Shown here one piece after another: positions 18,537 through 27,057 of a DNA stretch of 29,785 nucleotides (position 1 is its first letter; every line of letters begins with the position of its first letter). Origin of the DNA: a virus (taxonomy: Duplodnaviria; Caudoviricetes). The DNA is taken from IMG/VR virus record IMGVR_UViG_3300048856_000139, positions 1 through 29,785 of that record; one strand, written 5' to 3'. The notes under the pieces are model-generated. The model was not told where the DNA came from and did not search any database. It was given only the letters and a program-made list of their open reading frames with translations. Both the position numbers and the translations under genes were made by a program.

Positions 18537-18934
18537 GCGTCTCCGTCTCTCTACAAGACCTGATCCTTGCCAAGCTCTTGGATGACCCTGCCGTTACGGC
18601 GACCGTCGAGGATCGTATCGTAGATGGCCCAGATGAAACGACGGCGTTTCCCTACATCAGCTTCGGGCCGACAGATTTCATCCCCGACGATGCAGACTGC
18701 ATTAGGGGACGCGAGGAAACCGTGCAACTCGACTGCTGGACCCGGGATCAGGGCAGAAAGTGGCCCTGTAAGGCGCTGGTCGATGCCGTGAAAACCGCAC
18801 TGCACGATGTTGATGGCGAACTGGCGGTGGGCGCATTGGTGCTGATGCGCGTAACCCTGACACGGGTGTTCGACGACCCTGATGGCCTGACCACACATGG
18901 CGTGGTCGAGGTCACAGCCACCATAGAGGAATAG
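18533..18934 (+). CDS. Tail completion/terminator protein (DUF3168-like)
   Basis: LQ..I...L, FPYISFG, QLDCW, DPDGLTTHGVV. Confidence 0.88.
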   Translation: MSVSVSLQDLILAKLLDDPAVTATVEDRIVDGPDETTAFPYISFGPTDFIPDDADCIRGREETVQLDCWTRDQGRKWPCKALVDAVKTALHDVDGELAVGALVLMRVTLTRVFDDPDGLTTHGVVEVTATIEE

Positions 18935-18937
18935 ACG

Positions 18938-19123
18938 ATGGCACGAGTGCGGTTCACGAATGACTTCGACTACAAGCCGACTTCGCAATGCACGATCGGC
19001 TACAAGGCGGGAATGGAGCTCACCGTCAAGCGCGACTGCGCAGAGAAGGCGGTGGCCGCAGGTAAGGCGATTTCGCTGGATCGCAAAACGACAGCCAAGC
19101 CTACCGATGAAGGCCAAGGCTAA
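18938..19123 (+). CDS. Small hypothetical neck-region protein
   Basis: GAGGA RBS; VRFTNDFDY..YKAG....V...CA..AVAAGKA. Confidence 0.75.
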   Translation: MARVRFTNDFDYKPTSQCTIGYKAGMELTVKRDCAEKAVAAGKAISLDRKTTAKPTDEGQG

Positions 19124-19556
19124 ATTCCTCAGCCGCGCCGTGACCATGCGGCTCCTCAACCAGGTGGTGCCTGAGGCGGAAAAGGAACTTGCAAAGGCAC
19201 AGCTGAAAGCAGCGGAGGAGCTCGCTGCGCGCATTAAGCCTAGAGCGCCCGGCGACGGGCAGTACAAGGCCTCCATCAAAGGAGACAAGCTCTCGAACCG
19301 GCCCGGCGAGCACGCAGTGGGTAGAGGTTTGAAGGGAAAGACGACCGACCCGAACGCGACCGGCATCTTCGCAGAATACATCTGGCGGTGGTTGGAATAC
19401 GGCACTCAGGCGCGCGTCAACAAGAAGGGCGCGAACCGAGGTATCGGACCAGCCATCCCGCATATCTTCCCCACCTATCGGGCGAACAAGGCACGCATCC
19501 GGCGCAACATGGCTGCGGCGGTCCGTCGTGCTGTCCGGAAGGTCAAGTCAAAGTAA
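19107..19556 (+). CDS. HK97-gp10-like morphogenesis protein
   Basis: RAP..G....SI and WLEYGT..PHIFP motifs; very basic. Confidence 0.85.
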   Translation: MKAKAKFLSRAVTMRLLNQVVPEAEKELAKAQLKAAEELAARIKPRAPGDGQYKASIKGDKLSNRPGEHAVGRGLKGKTTDPNATGIFAEYIWRWLEYGTQARVNKKGANRGIGPAIPHIFPTYRANKARIRRNMAAAVRRAVRKVKSK

Positions 19557-19579
19557 CCCGCCATCACAGGAGAACCCCA

Positions 19580-20029
19580 ATGGCCAAGGCGACCACCATC
19601 AAGGGCGGGAAGTTCCGCGTCCTTATCGGAGATGATTCCACCCCGATCGAATACACCGCGCCTTGCGGCTTCACGCAGCGCTCGATCACGCTCAATAAGG
19701 GCTTGGAAGAGGTCAACATTCCGGATTGCAACGATCCGGACAAGATCGACTGGGTAGGACGCGACGCGACCTCGCTTTCCATGTCGATCAGCGGCGAGGG
19801 GGTGCTTGCCGAGGAGAGTGTCGAGACCTGGCTTGAAGCCTTCGAAGACCTCAATTCGGTGCCGGTGAAAGTCGAATGGGAGTTCCCGACCAAGACGATC
19901 ACCTGGACGGGTACTATGCATGCGGAGACGATCGAGGCCGGTGCCGCGAACGCTGGCCGGGCGACCCTCAACGTCTCCCTGCAGAGCGACGGTGAAATGG
20001 TCCGTACCGTCACGCCGGCGGCTCCCTGA
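19580..20029 (+). CDS. Major tail tube protein
   Basis: AGGAG RBS; APCGFT..SI, SISGEGV, LQSDGE; 149 aa. Confidence 0.9.
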   Translation: MAKATTIKGGKFRVLIGDDSTPIEYTAPCGFTQRSITLNKGLEEVNIPDCNDPDKIDWVGRDATSLSMSISGEGVLAEESVETWLEAFEDLNSVPVKVEWEFPTKTITWTGTMHAETIEAGAANAGRATLNVSLQSDGEMVRTVTPAAP

Positions 20030-20442
20030 TGAGCAGAGACGGTTCCTGCGAACTGCCCTTCAACGGGCGACGGACTATGTTCAAGCTTGCATGGCGCGAG
20101 CTGATGAAGATCCAGGAGGCCTGCGATGCCGGGCCTTATGTGGTGCTCGATCGGCTCGTTTCCGGCCGCTGGCGGCTTCAGGATATCTCCGAGGTCATCA
20201 AGTGGGGCCTGATCGGCGGCGGCATGCCTCAGGGTGATGCGCTTAAGCTCGTCGAGACAGAGGTCGAGGCGAGACCGCCGCTCGAAAACCTCACGATCGC
20301 CCAGACGGTCCTCGGCGCCGGCGTCGTCGGCACCGAGGAGGAGGAAGTCGGAAAAAAATCCGAGGCGGCAAAACGGGGCAGGCGGAAGAGCCGCTCCCGA
20401 ACGGGAAACTCCGATTTGCCGCCATCATCGGAAACGGAATAG
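20029..20442 (+). CDS. Tail assembly chaperone (gpG-like, GTA-gp10-like)
   Basis: FKLAWREL..IQE.CDAGP, GLIGGGM; between tube and tape measure; ends near a GGA AAA AAA slippery site. Confidence 0.88.
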   Translation: MSRDGSCELPFNGRRTMFKLAWRELMKIQEACDAGPYVVLDRLVSGRWRLQDISEVIKWGLIGGGMPQGDALKLVETEVEARPPLENLTIAQTVLGAGVVGTEEEEVGKKSEAAKRGRRKSRSRTGNSDLPPSSETE

Positions 20443-20600
20443 CGATGGGCCTGTCGCCGCAAGAGGTGATGGGCCTGTCGGTGTTCGAGTATCTCGCAGC
20501 ACTTGATGGTTTCGTGGCCGCGAACGATCCGGACGGCGACAAGAAGCTATCGGAACGCGAGAAGGACGATCTTTGGGAGTGGCTACAGTCGAGCGGCTAA
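20352..20600 (+). CDS. gpT-like extension of the tail assembly chaperone via -1 frameshift
   Basis: The -1 frame from A-AAA-AAA (20352-20358) is open: KKIRGGKTG...MGLSPQEVMGLSVFEYLAALDGF...WLQSSG*. Confidence 0.75.
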   Translation, partial: KKIRGGKTGQAEEPLPNGKLRFAAIIGNGIAMGLSPQEVMGLSVFEYLAALDGFVAANDPDGDKKLSEREKDDLWEWLQSSG

Positions 20601-20947
20601 TTGCGAAGGATTTGCGCGAGGCCCGTTCGTTCCAGTTCGTTTTTCTCGAAGGCGAATGAAATATCGCGGCTAAGGCAGATGGAAATATCTCGCCGCAGGT
20701 CGCCTCGGATGTCTGTCGCTGAGACGATCGGGCGCTCAGCATGGAGCCTAAGCAACTCCTCGACCTGAGGGCGGCAGCCCTGTACGGCTAATTCTTCTGC
20801 CCGTCGCTCAACTGCTTCCGTGCGGAGATAGGCTTCGTTGGCGCGGCCCAGTTCCTCTTTTTTATACTCATTCCAGACGGAGTACCCGCCTGCGGCGATG
20901 ACTACTACGCATGCGCCAGCAATAAGCGCCTTCAACCATCCTTCCAT
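20597..20947 (-). CDS. Moron: N-terminally membrane-anchored protein, antisense within the tail operon
   Basis: GGAGGGG RBS; MEGWLKALIAGACVVVIAAGGYSVW; two Cys in the soluble part. Confidence 0.75.
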   Translation of the reverse strand: MEGWLKALIAGACVVVIAAGGYSVWNEYKKEELGRANEAYLRTEAVERRAEELAVQGCRPQVEELLRLHAERPIVSATDIRGDLRRDISICLSRDISFAFEKNELERTGLAQILRN

Positions 20948-20958
20948 AGGACCCCTCC

Positions 20959-22848
20959 ATGGCAACCGATGACGAACAGCTCGTGTTGAGCATCAGTGCC
21001 GACACCCGTCAAATTCAGCGGCAGTTAAAGGCCCTTGTAGGCCAAACGCAAGCGAATACAGCGGCGATCGAAGCGGCCTTCAACGGTATAGGCGGCACCT
21101 CCGCACGTGCGTTCACGACAGCCGAGCAGGGGGCTAAGCGCTTTCAGAATGCTGTACGAGCCTCAAATGCGAACACCGCGAACATGGCGGCGCAGCTTCA
21201 GGATATCGGCGTGCAGCTCGCCGGCGGGCAGTCGCCGTTCCTGATCGCGGTACAGCAGCTTTCCCAGATGAACCTCGGTGCCATGGGCGTGCGTGGCACG
21301 CTCTCGGCAATCGGCGGAGCAGCCGCAACCATCATCAGCCCGGTGAACCTCGTCGGCCTGGCGTTCATCACGCTCGGCGGTGCAGCGATCCAGTACTTCG
21401 CGGAAGTTATTTCCGGTTCCGATAAATCGGCGGAGGCGCTGGAAAAGCAAGCGCAACTGATCCAGCAAGTGGCGAAGGAGTGGGGTGACGCGGTACCAGC
21501 TCTTCGTGCATATGCCGAGGAACTGGAGCGGACAGCTTCACTTGACCGCCTGCAGCAAGGCACTCGAGGAGCGATCGGACAAATCCTGGACCAATCGCTT
21601 TCCCTCCTTCCTCAGGTCCGGGATGAGATTGTCACGACGATGAATTCGGCCGGGGCACTGACCCGGGAAACTTCCCTAGCTTATGCCGAGCTCGTGGGGC
21701 GCTTAGGAGAGCTTGACGAAGCAATTGGCGAGTTGAACGCTGCTTATCAGAACGGCGAAGACACGACAGCCGAGATGGAAAAGGCGAACGCTGCTCTAGC
21801 GAGCGTTCTGGATAGTTCGGTAGCTCCAGCAGCAGGTAGGGCTAGGGACCTTCTGGACGAGCTCGCGGCAGCTTACGCGCGTACAACGACCCAGGCGAAA
21901 AACATGTCGGATCAGGCGGCGGCGGCGCGGCTCAATGGGTCCCAGCTTCCGGCATTGGGAACGCTGTCGCCTCTAGAGAGCGTCAATGGTCAAATCACTG
22001 GCGACCGTATGGTCATTCAGAACGCGCGCGCCGAGGCTACCAAGTCTCAGTATCAGAAAGAGCAGGAAGAGGCCGCGAGGCGTTCTAGCCGCTCCGGCGG
22101 CGGAGGTGGTCGCTCCAACGCCATCAGCGAGGCGGAGCGAGAGAAGCAAGCCGTTGCCGATCTGATCGAGCAGCTCCAGTTCGAGCAGAGCCTGATCGGC
22201 GCCACCAACGTCGAGCGCGAGAAGGCGAACGCACTGCGCCGTGCTGGTGCCGCTGCAACGCCAGAGCAGAAGGCCCAGATCGAGAGCCTGATCGAAACCA
22301 TGTATGCCGAGCGGGACGCCATCAAGGCCAGCCAGGAGGCCATGGAAGAGCTGTCAGACGTCGGCCGCGACGTGCTCCAGGGCCTGGTTACCGACCTCAA
22401 GAACGGCGCGAGCGGCGCGGATATCCTCGCCAATGCTCTGAGCCGTGTTGGCGATCGCCTCATCGACATGGCCTTCGACGGGTTCGATTTTGGCAGCCTG
22501 TTCAAGCTTCCGGGGCGTGAGAGAGGTGGCCCTGTCAGGAAGGGGCAACCGTACATAGTGGGCGAGAAGCGCGCCGAGGTGTTTGTGCCGGATCAGAACG
22601 GGACGATCCTACCTAAGGTGCCGGATGCCATCCGCACCGGGCAGATGCCGAGGGTCGCAGCGTCTGCCAGCCAGCCAGCTATCACCGTCACCTATGCGCC
22701 TGTAATCGACAACCGGGGCGGGGACGACGCGGCAGTCGCGAGGCTGGAGCGCCTTATGGCGAGGCAGCAAGCAACGCTGCCGTCCACGATCATCAAGACT
22801 GTTCGCGATGCGAACGCACGGGGCGTTCGACTGAACGGGAGCAACTAA
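20959..22848 (+). CDS. Tail tape measure protein
   Basis: 629 aa, Ala-rich helical; AQLQDIGVQLAGGQSPF..QQ (lambda-type) and RERGGPV..YIVGE..AEVFVP. Confidence 0.95.
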   Translation: MATDDEQLVLSISADTRQIQRQLKALVGQTQANTAAIEAAFNGIGGTSARAFTTAEQGAKRFQNAVRASNANTANMAAQLQDIGVQLAGGQSPFLIAVQQLSQMNLGAMGVRGTLSAIGGAAATIISPVNLVGLAFITLGGAAIQYFAEVISGSDKSAEALEKQAQLIQQVAKEWGDAVPALRAYAEELERTASLDRLQQGTRGAIGQILDQSLSLLPQVRDEIVTTMNSAGALTRETSLAYAELVGRLGELDEAIGELNAAYQNGEDTTAEMEKANAALASVLDSSVAPAAGRARDLLDELAAAYARTTTQAKNMSDQAAAARLNGSQLPALGTLSPLESVNGQITGDRMVIQNARAEATKSQYQKEQEEAARRSSRSGGGGGRSNAISEAEREKQAVADLIEQLQFEQSLIGATNVEREKANALRRAGAAATPEQKAQIESLIETMYAERDAIKASQEAMEELSDVGRDVLQGLVTDLKNGASGADILANALSRVGDRLIDMAFDGFDFGSLFKLPGRERGGPVRKGQPYIVGEKRAEVFVPDQNGTILPKVPDAIRTGQMPRVAASASQPAITVTYAPVIDNRGGDDAAVARLERLMARQQATLPSTIIKTVRDANARGVRLNGSN

Positions 22849-23481
22849 GTGGCAGTCACCTATCCCCTCGACTTCCTGCCGCAGTTCCCTGGCTGGTCGA
22901 CGAAGTTCGAGCCCATGCATCGGCAGGAGCAATCGCGCACGGCCGGCGGTGAGACCTATGTGAAGGACCTGGGCTCACCGCTCTGGTTCGGAGCATGGGT
23001 CAGCCGCACCTTGTGGCCGAACGAGCTAGACCATTGGCGTGCGCGGCTCGACGCGCTGGAGAATGGCCTCCAGACGTTCAGGGGCTATCCGCTCTCCCGC
23101 TGCTATCCGATCGCGTATCCGAAGACTGCATATGATGCCCTTGGCGTCGGTGCGGTCACGCTCGACTCGATCGGCAGCAACCGGAAGAGTGCCGCGCTCA
23201 CGGGCCTGCCGGCCGGCTACAAGCTCAGTATCGGCGATATGATCCAGGTGGCCGGAAGCGGACTGCATCGCGTCATGGAGGCGGTAACGGCGAACGGCTC
23301 GGGCGTGACGCCGGTCTTCGAAGTGCGTCCGCATTTCTGGCCTGGTGCTTCGGCGCCGGCAGCCGTCACCCTCGTTCGGCCATCGTGCCCAATGCGGATC
23401 GTTCCCGGCTCGATTGCCTCCGATGCCGATCTGTCGACCGGCCGGGGCACCGTGTCCTTCCAGGCTATTGAGGCACGCTGA
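22849..23481 (+). CDS. Distal tail / minor tail protein
   Basis: Follows the tape measure gene; SRTAGG...DLG.PLW, GYKLSIGD, FEVRP. Confidence 0.75.
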   Translation: MAVTYPLDFLPQFPGWSTKFEPMHRQEQSRTAGGETYVKDLGSPLWFGAWVSRTLWPNELDHWRARLDALENGLQTFRGYPLSRCYPIAYPKTAYDALGVGAVTLDSIGSNRKSAALTGLPAGYKLSIGDMIQVAGSGLHRVMEAVTANGSGVTPVFEVRPHFWPGASAPAAVTLVRPSCPMRIVPGSIASDADLSTGRGTVSFQAIEAR

Positions 23482-24155
23482 TGCGAACCCTTCCTGCAGC
23501 AATCCTCACGGCGCTCGCCGATCGGCGTCTCGTCGCGCGTGACTTCCTCTGGATCGTCGCGCGCAACCGTTCCACCGGAGAGCCGGAGGCAGTCGGCTTC
23601 TGGTCCGATGTCGGCACCGTTGATGCGCCGGTCATCGATCCGGACACAGGGCTTGATGTCGTGCGTACCTTCCACGGTTCCGGCACGCTGATCTCGACCG
23701 ATCCTATCCCGCTGGTCTCCACGATGGAGGTCCAGAACGTCAACGTGCGGATGTCGCAGATCGACAATCTCGTGCAGCAGGCGGTGCGAGACTACGACTG
23801 CAAGCAGGCGCCGGTGCAAGTCTTCCGAGGCCTGTTCTCGCCGGAAAGCCGCACGCTCGTCGCGCCGGCCGAACCCCGCTTCGTCGGCTTCGTCGACAGG
23901 ATCGAGATCACCACGCCCTCGGAGAACGAGGATGGCGGTGTGCTGCTGGCCTGCGCCTCGCATACGCAGGAAATCCTTCGATCGAACCCCGACACGCGCT
24001 CCGATGCCAGCCAGCGACAGCGTAGCTCGACGGACAATTTCTACCAGGACACGGCCACGGTCGGTGAATGGGAACTGTTCTGGGGGCGTAAGCAAGGCAA
24101 GATCGACAGCCAGAAGAAGAGCGACAGCCCGCTCCTCAAGGGATGGTTCAAGTGA
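23481..24155 (+). CDS. Minor tail (hub/baseplate) protein
   Basis: RFVGFVD, RSDASQRQR...DNFY, W..FWG; position in the tail module. Confidence 0.75.
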   Translation: MRTLPAAILTALADRRLVARDFLWIVARNRSTGEPEAVGFWSDVGTVDAPVIDPDTGLDVVRTFHGSGTLISTDPIPLVSTMEVQNVNVRMSQIDNLVQQAVRDYDCKQAPVQVFRGLFSPESRTLVAPAEPRFVGFVDRIEITTPSENEDGGVLLACASHTQEILRSNPDTRSDASQRQRSSTDNFYQDTATVGEWELFWGRKQGKIDSQKKSDSPLLKGWFK

Positions 24156-24586
24156 TCCGCTTCGCCACCATGGCCGACCGCTGGCAGGTAATCCGCCTGC
24201 TGGAGCAAAGCCACCGTGCCGCCGGCTACCGCTTCGCATTCGAAGCCGCCCGGGCCGACAAGCTCTTCCGGCTGCATCTGGAGAGCGTCATGGCCTGTGC
24301 CATCGTGCTCGATGGGGACGGAACGGCGCAAGGCATTCTGCTTGCCTCCGCATTCGATCATCCATTCGGGGCCGGCCTCTGGGCCAAGGAAACCGTCTGG
24401 TACATCGCGCCGGATCATCGGGGCCGGGGCGGCATCCGCATGCTCGACGCCTACGAGGCGTGGGCGAAAGGGAAGGGCTGCTTGTCCATCAGCATGGCGG
24501 CACTCGCCACCAACGATGTGTCCCGCATCTACGAACGCCGCGGTTACGCGCCGGCGGAAACCCATTTCGTGAAGCCGCTCGGCTGA
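24152..24586 (+). CDS. GNAT-family acetyltransferase in the tail module
   Basis: IRFATMAD, WYIAPDHRGRGG (motif A), IYERRGY (motif B); GTGA overlap. Confidence 0.85.
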   Translation: MIRFATMADRWQVIRLLEQSHRAAGYRFAFEAARADKLFRLHLESVMACAIVLDGDGTAQGILLASAFDHPFGAGLWAKETVWYIAPDHRGRGGIRMLDAYEAWAKGKGCLSISMAALATNDVSRIYERRGYAPAETHFVKPLG

Positions 24587-24600
24587 CCTCAAGGTAAATC

Positions 24601-25458
24601 ATGGCGATCATTTCAGGCATCGTCGCCGCTGTCGGCGCGATCGGCTCTGCTATTGGCGGAGCCATATCCGCGATTTCCGCCTTCACCATCGGCGGCCTTG
24701 CCGTCGGCTCGTCGCTGCTTCAGGCGGCCGCAGGCATCGGTCTGAACCTTCTCGCGCGCGCCGTCGCCGGCAAGCCCCAGCAGGACAAGGCATCGTTCTC
24801 GGTTCAGGGACGGCTTCAGTCGGGCGGTACGGTCGCCCGCTCCATCATCCTGGGCAGGAGCGCAACGGCCGGCTCGCTGGTCTATGCGAACACCTGGGGT
24901 TCGTCCGGAGGCACTCCGAACGCCTACATCACGCAGGTCATATCGCTTGCAGACTATCCGGTGAAGGCGCTCGCCGGCCTCTTGGTCAATGGCATCGAGT
25001 GCCAGCTCGGAACCACGCCGCATGCGCAGTACGGCTACCCGGTCCTCGACTACCGCAAGGGCAGCAAGGATCATCTCTGGGTCAAGTTCTACGACGGCAC
25101 GCAGACGGGCGCCGACAGCTTCCTTGTCAATACGGTTTCCTCGACAGAGCGGCCCTACCAGAATACCCGCATCGGCCGAGGCGTAGCCTATGCGATCTGC
25201 ACCTCTCGGGTGAATGACGAGCTGTTCTCCGGCTTCCCCCAGTTCAAGTTCGTGGTCGATGGTATGCGCCTCTACGACCCGTCGAAGGACAGCACGAACG
25301 GCGGATCGGGTACGCAGCGCTTCAACGATCCTTCGACATGGGGCGGCGACGGCGACCTCCTGCCGGTGGTGCAGGTCTATAACCTCTTGCGCGGCATCCG
25401 CTGGAATAACCAGTGGCTCTATGGCCTGCAGTCGGCCGACAGACGCATGACCTGGTGA
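24601..25458 (+). pseudogene. Truncated tail-tip / host-specificity (J-like) protein, N-terminal part
   Basis: Hydrophobic N-terminus, RSIILGR.ATAG, GVAYA, PQFKFVVDG.RLYDP; ends abruptly at 285 aa. Confidence 0.75.
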
Positions 25459-25763
25459 CCATATCCGATGATGCCGTCTACTCGAAAAGCTTCTCGACTG
25501 CGGCGATCGGCTGGGGCGTGATCTCAGGTCAGTTCGGATCCTCGCCAAAGGCGGTGTTTGTGTTTCGAGCAATATCGAGCGCCGTCGTGCAAATCCTGTC
25601 CAGCGTCGGCGCTGTCAACGCCTATAATCAAGTCATCCTCACGGGGAACACTGGGGCGGATGGCGCGATCAACATAAGCGCCAACAATACCACCATCTAC
25701 ATTGAGAACCGCAGCGGCGCGGCAGTTCCGTACCTTATCTCTCTCTTCGGGAGCTCCCCATGA
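25431..25763 (+). pseudogene. Orphan C-terminal fragment of a tail fibre/spike
   Basis: TISDDAVYS...LTGNTGADGAINISANNTTIYIENRSG; beta-rich, no convincing RBS/start; stop is ATGA-coupled to the fibre chaperone. Confidence 0.6.
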
Positions 25764-26200
25764 CAGCCAAGCACCTTCGCGACAATATGTGGAGTATTCT
25801 GGCGGACGATGGTCAGGAGACGATCTTCTGCGCGCCTGGCGCAGCTAGCGACGAGGCCGATGTGCTTGCCGCGTTTCAGATCGCAAACGAGCAGATCGGG
25901 AGTGGCAATGTTCCGCGGGAGGCCTTGCTCGCCTCGTACAAGGCGGCATTCGACGGGCACCTTGATGCGGTCGCCCAGGAGCGGCAATACGATAACCGCC
26001 TGACGATCGTCAGCTACCTGGGCAGCACCAATCCACAATGGAACGCTGAAGCGGAAACCTACATCGCGTGGAGGGATGCGGCGCTGGCCTACATGTTCGG
26101 GCAGCTCACGTCAGTGGAGGCAGGAGAGATCGCGCCGCCGTCGATCGAGGAGTTCATCGCCGGCATAGCGCCGATCGACTGGCCTGCGGTCTCACCATAG
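25760..26200 (+). CDS. Tail fibre assembly chaperone-like protein
   Basis: HLDAVAQERQYD...SY..STNP.W.AEA..YIAWRD...PSIEEFIA..P.IDWP. Confidence 0.8.
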   Translation: MTAKHLRDNMWSILADDGQETIFCAPGAASDEADVLAAFQIANEQIGSGNVPREALLASYKAAFDGHLDAVAQERQYDNRLTIVSYLGSTNPQWNAEAETYIAWRDAALAYMFGQLTSVEAGEIAPPSIEEFIAGIAPIDWPAVSP

Positions 26201-26310
26201 AAAAGAGGCCTGGAGCGATGCTGAGCGCTTCCAGGCCAAATTGTTGGGAAGCGTGGTGATGGCACTCGCTTCAATCGCGGCTGTCCGGAAGGAGAGCGGT
26301 GGCCACGACG
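26201..26310 (-). ncRNA. Putative sRNA unit A of the array
   Basis: EcfG-type promoter upstream; three hairpins: GTCGTGGC/GCCGCGAT with a CTCTCCTTCC-containing loop, GAAGCG/CGCTTC, and terminator GGCCTGG/CCAGGCC-TCTTTT. Confidence 0.6.
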
Positions 26311-26317
26311 GGCCTTA

Positions 26318-26342
26318 AACCTCGCCGCTCATAAACAGTTCC
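26318..26342 (-). promoter_or_regulatory. EcfG/RpoE2-type promoter, unit A
   Basis: GGAAC-tgtttatgagcggcgag(17)-GTT. Confidence 0.65.
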
Positions 26343-26650
26343 CCACGAACACGCTGTGCGCGAGATTTTCTACAAGCCGAGCCGGGAGGTGAAGATAAGA
26401 GGCCGAGCCGAGTTGCGGCAAAGCTCGGCCTCTCTATTCCGCAGGACCTGCGATGTCCGTGCAGGAGGCCATTCTGTGGCCTACTCAGCTTTCCAGCAAT
26501 CCCGAATTCTTGTGAGGTTATTGCGAGAGGCCCGGCACAGGCACGGCGCCGGACCTCTCGGCCACGGTCACAGCGACGTTACCGCAGCGCTCTGAGTATG
26601 GCGCACGCAATCTTCGCATCAATAGATCGATTGATTGAGGCGGATGCCGG

Positions 26651-26696
26651 GAAAAAAGGAGAGGGCCGGTCTGGGCTGCTAACACCGGACCTCTCC
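26651..26696 (-). terminator. Rho-independent terminator within the array
   Basis: GGAGAGGTCCGGT...ACCGGCCCTCTCC followed by TTTTTTC on the minus strand. Confidence 0.7.
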
Positions 26697-26767
26697 GCCG
26701 TGGTGGATCGTCGAGCCTACGGCGGAGGAATAATGGCTCGGTACAGCCAAGGGCACAACCCGCCTGA

Positions 26768-26797
26768 TCGAGCTACCTTGAAGTGAAAGAGGCCTGG
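26768..26797 (+). repeat. 30-bp direct repeat, copy 1
   Basis: TCGAGCTACCTTGAAGTGAAAGAGGCCTGG; 29/30 identical to 27028-27057. Confidence 0.95.
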
Positions 26798-26949
26798 CGC
26801 GTGTTCCACGACGTGCCAGGCCCCAGAGCCGCATTCTCCCGTCTGCAGGCGAGTGATAGCGGACCCTTCATGGGACCGTGGCCCCCAGCTCCAATGGTCC
26901 CCGTCGCGCATCCAGGTTGAGTTGAGACATGACCGTGGACGTCGCGACG
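26785..26949 (-). ncRNA. Putative sRNA unit B of the array
   Basis: EcfG-type promoter; hairpins GTCGCG/CGCGAC, GGGACC/GGTCCC, CCGC/GCGG; terminator GGCCTGG/CCAGGCC-TCTTTC. Confidence 0.6.
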
Positions 26950-26956
26950 CAGAACA

Positions 26957-26982
26957 AACCGCACGAGAAAAGGAAGAGTTCC
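26957..26982 (-). promoter_or_regulatory. EcfG/RpoE2-type promoter, unit B
   Basis: GGAAC-tcttccttttctcgtgcg(18)-GTT. Confidence 0.6.
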
Positions 26983-27027
26983 TACCACCTTTGAGGTAGC
27001 GGAAGCGCGCCTGGTCGGGCCGCCGCG

Positions 27028-27057
27028 TCGAGCTACCTTGAAATGAAAGAGGCCTGG
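27028..27057 (+). repeat. 30-bp direct repeat, copy 2
   Basis: TCGAGCTACCTTGAAATGAAAGAGGCCTGG; 260 nt from copy 1. Confidence 0.95.

Noticed and set aside
12503-24155. RcGTA-like gene transfer agent cluster
   Set aside because: Linked integrase, att site, early genes, HNH and lysis cassette indicate a prophage; GTA-like family names only reflect shared ancestry.
24601-26200. Diversity-generating retroelement or invertible tail-fibre cassette
   Set aside because: No reverse transcriptase, invertase, TR/VR pair or inverted fibre fragments seen in the window.
26733-26786. 17-aa peptide MARYSQGHNPPDRATLK after GGAGGA on the plus strand
   Set aside because: RBS spacing is very short, and the second repeat copy has no equivalent start. 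The purine runs are better explained as minus-strand anti-SD loops. Not fully excluded.
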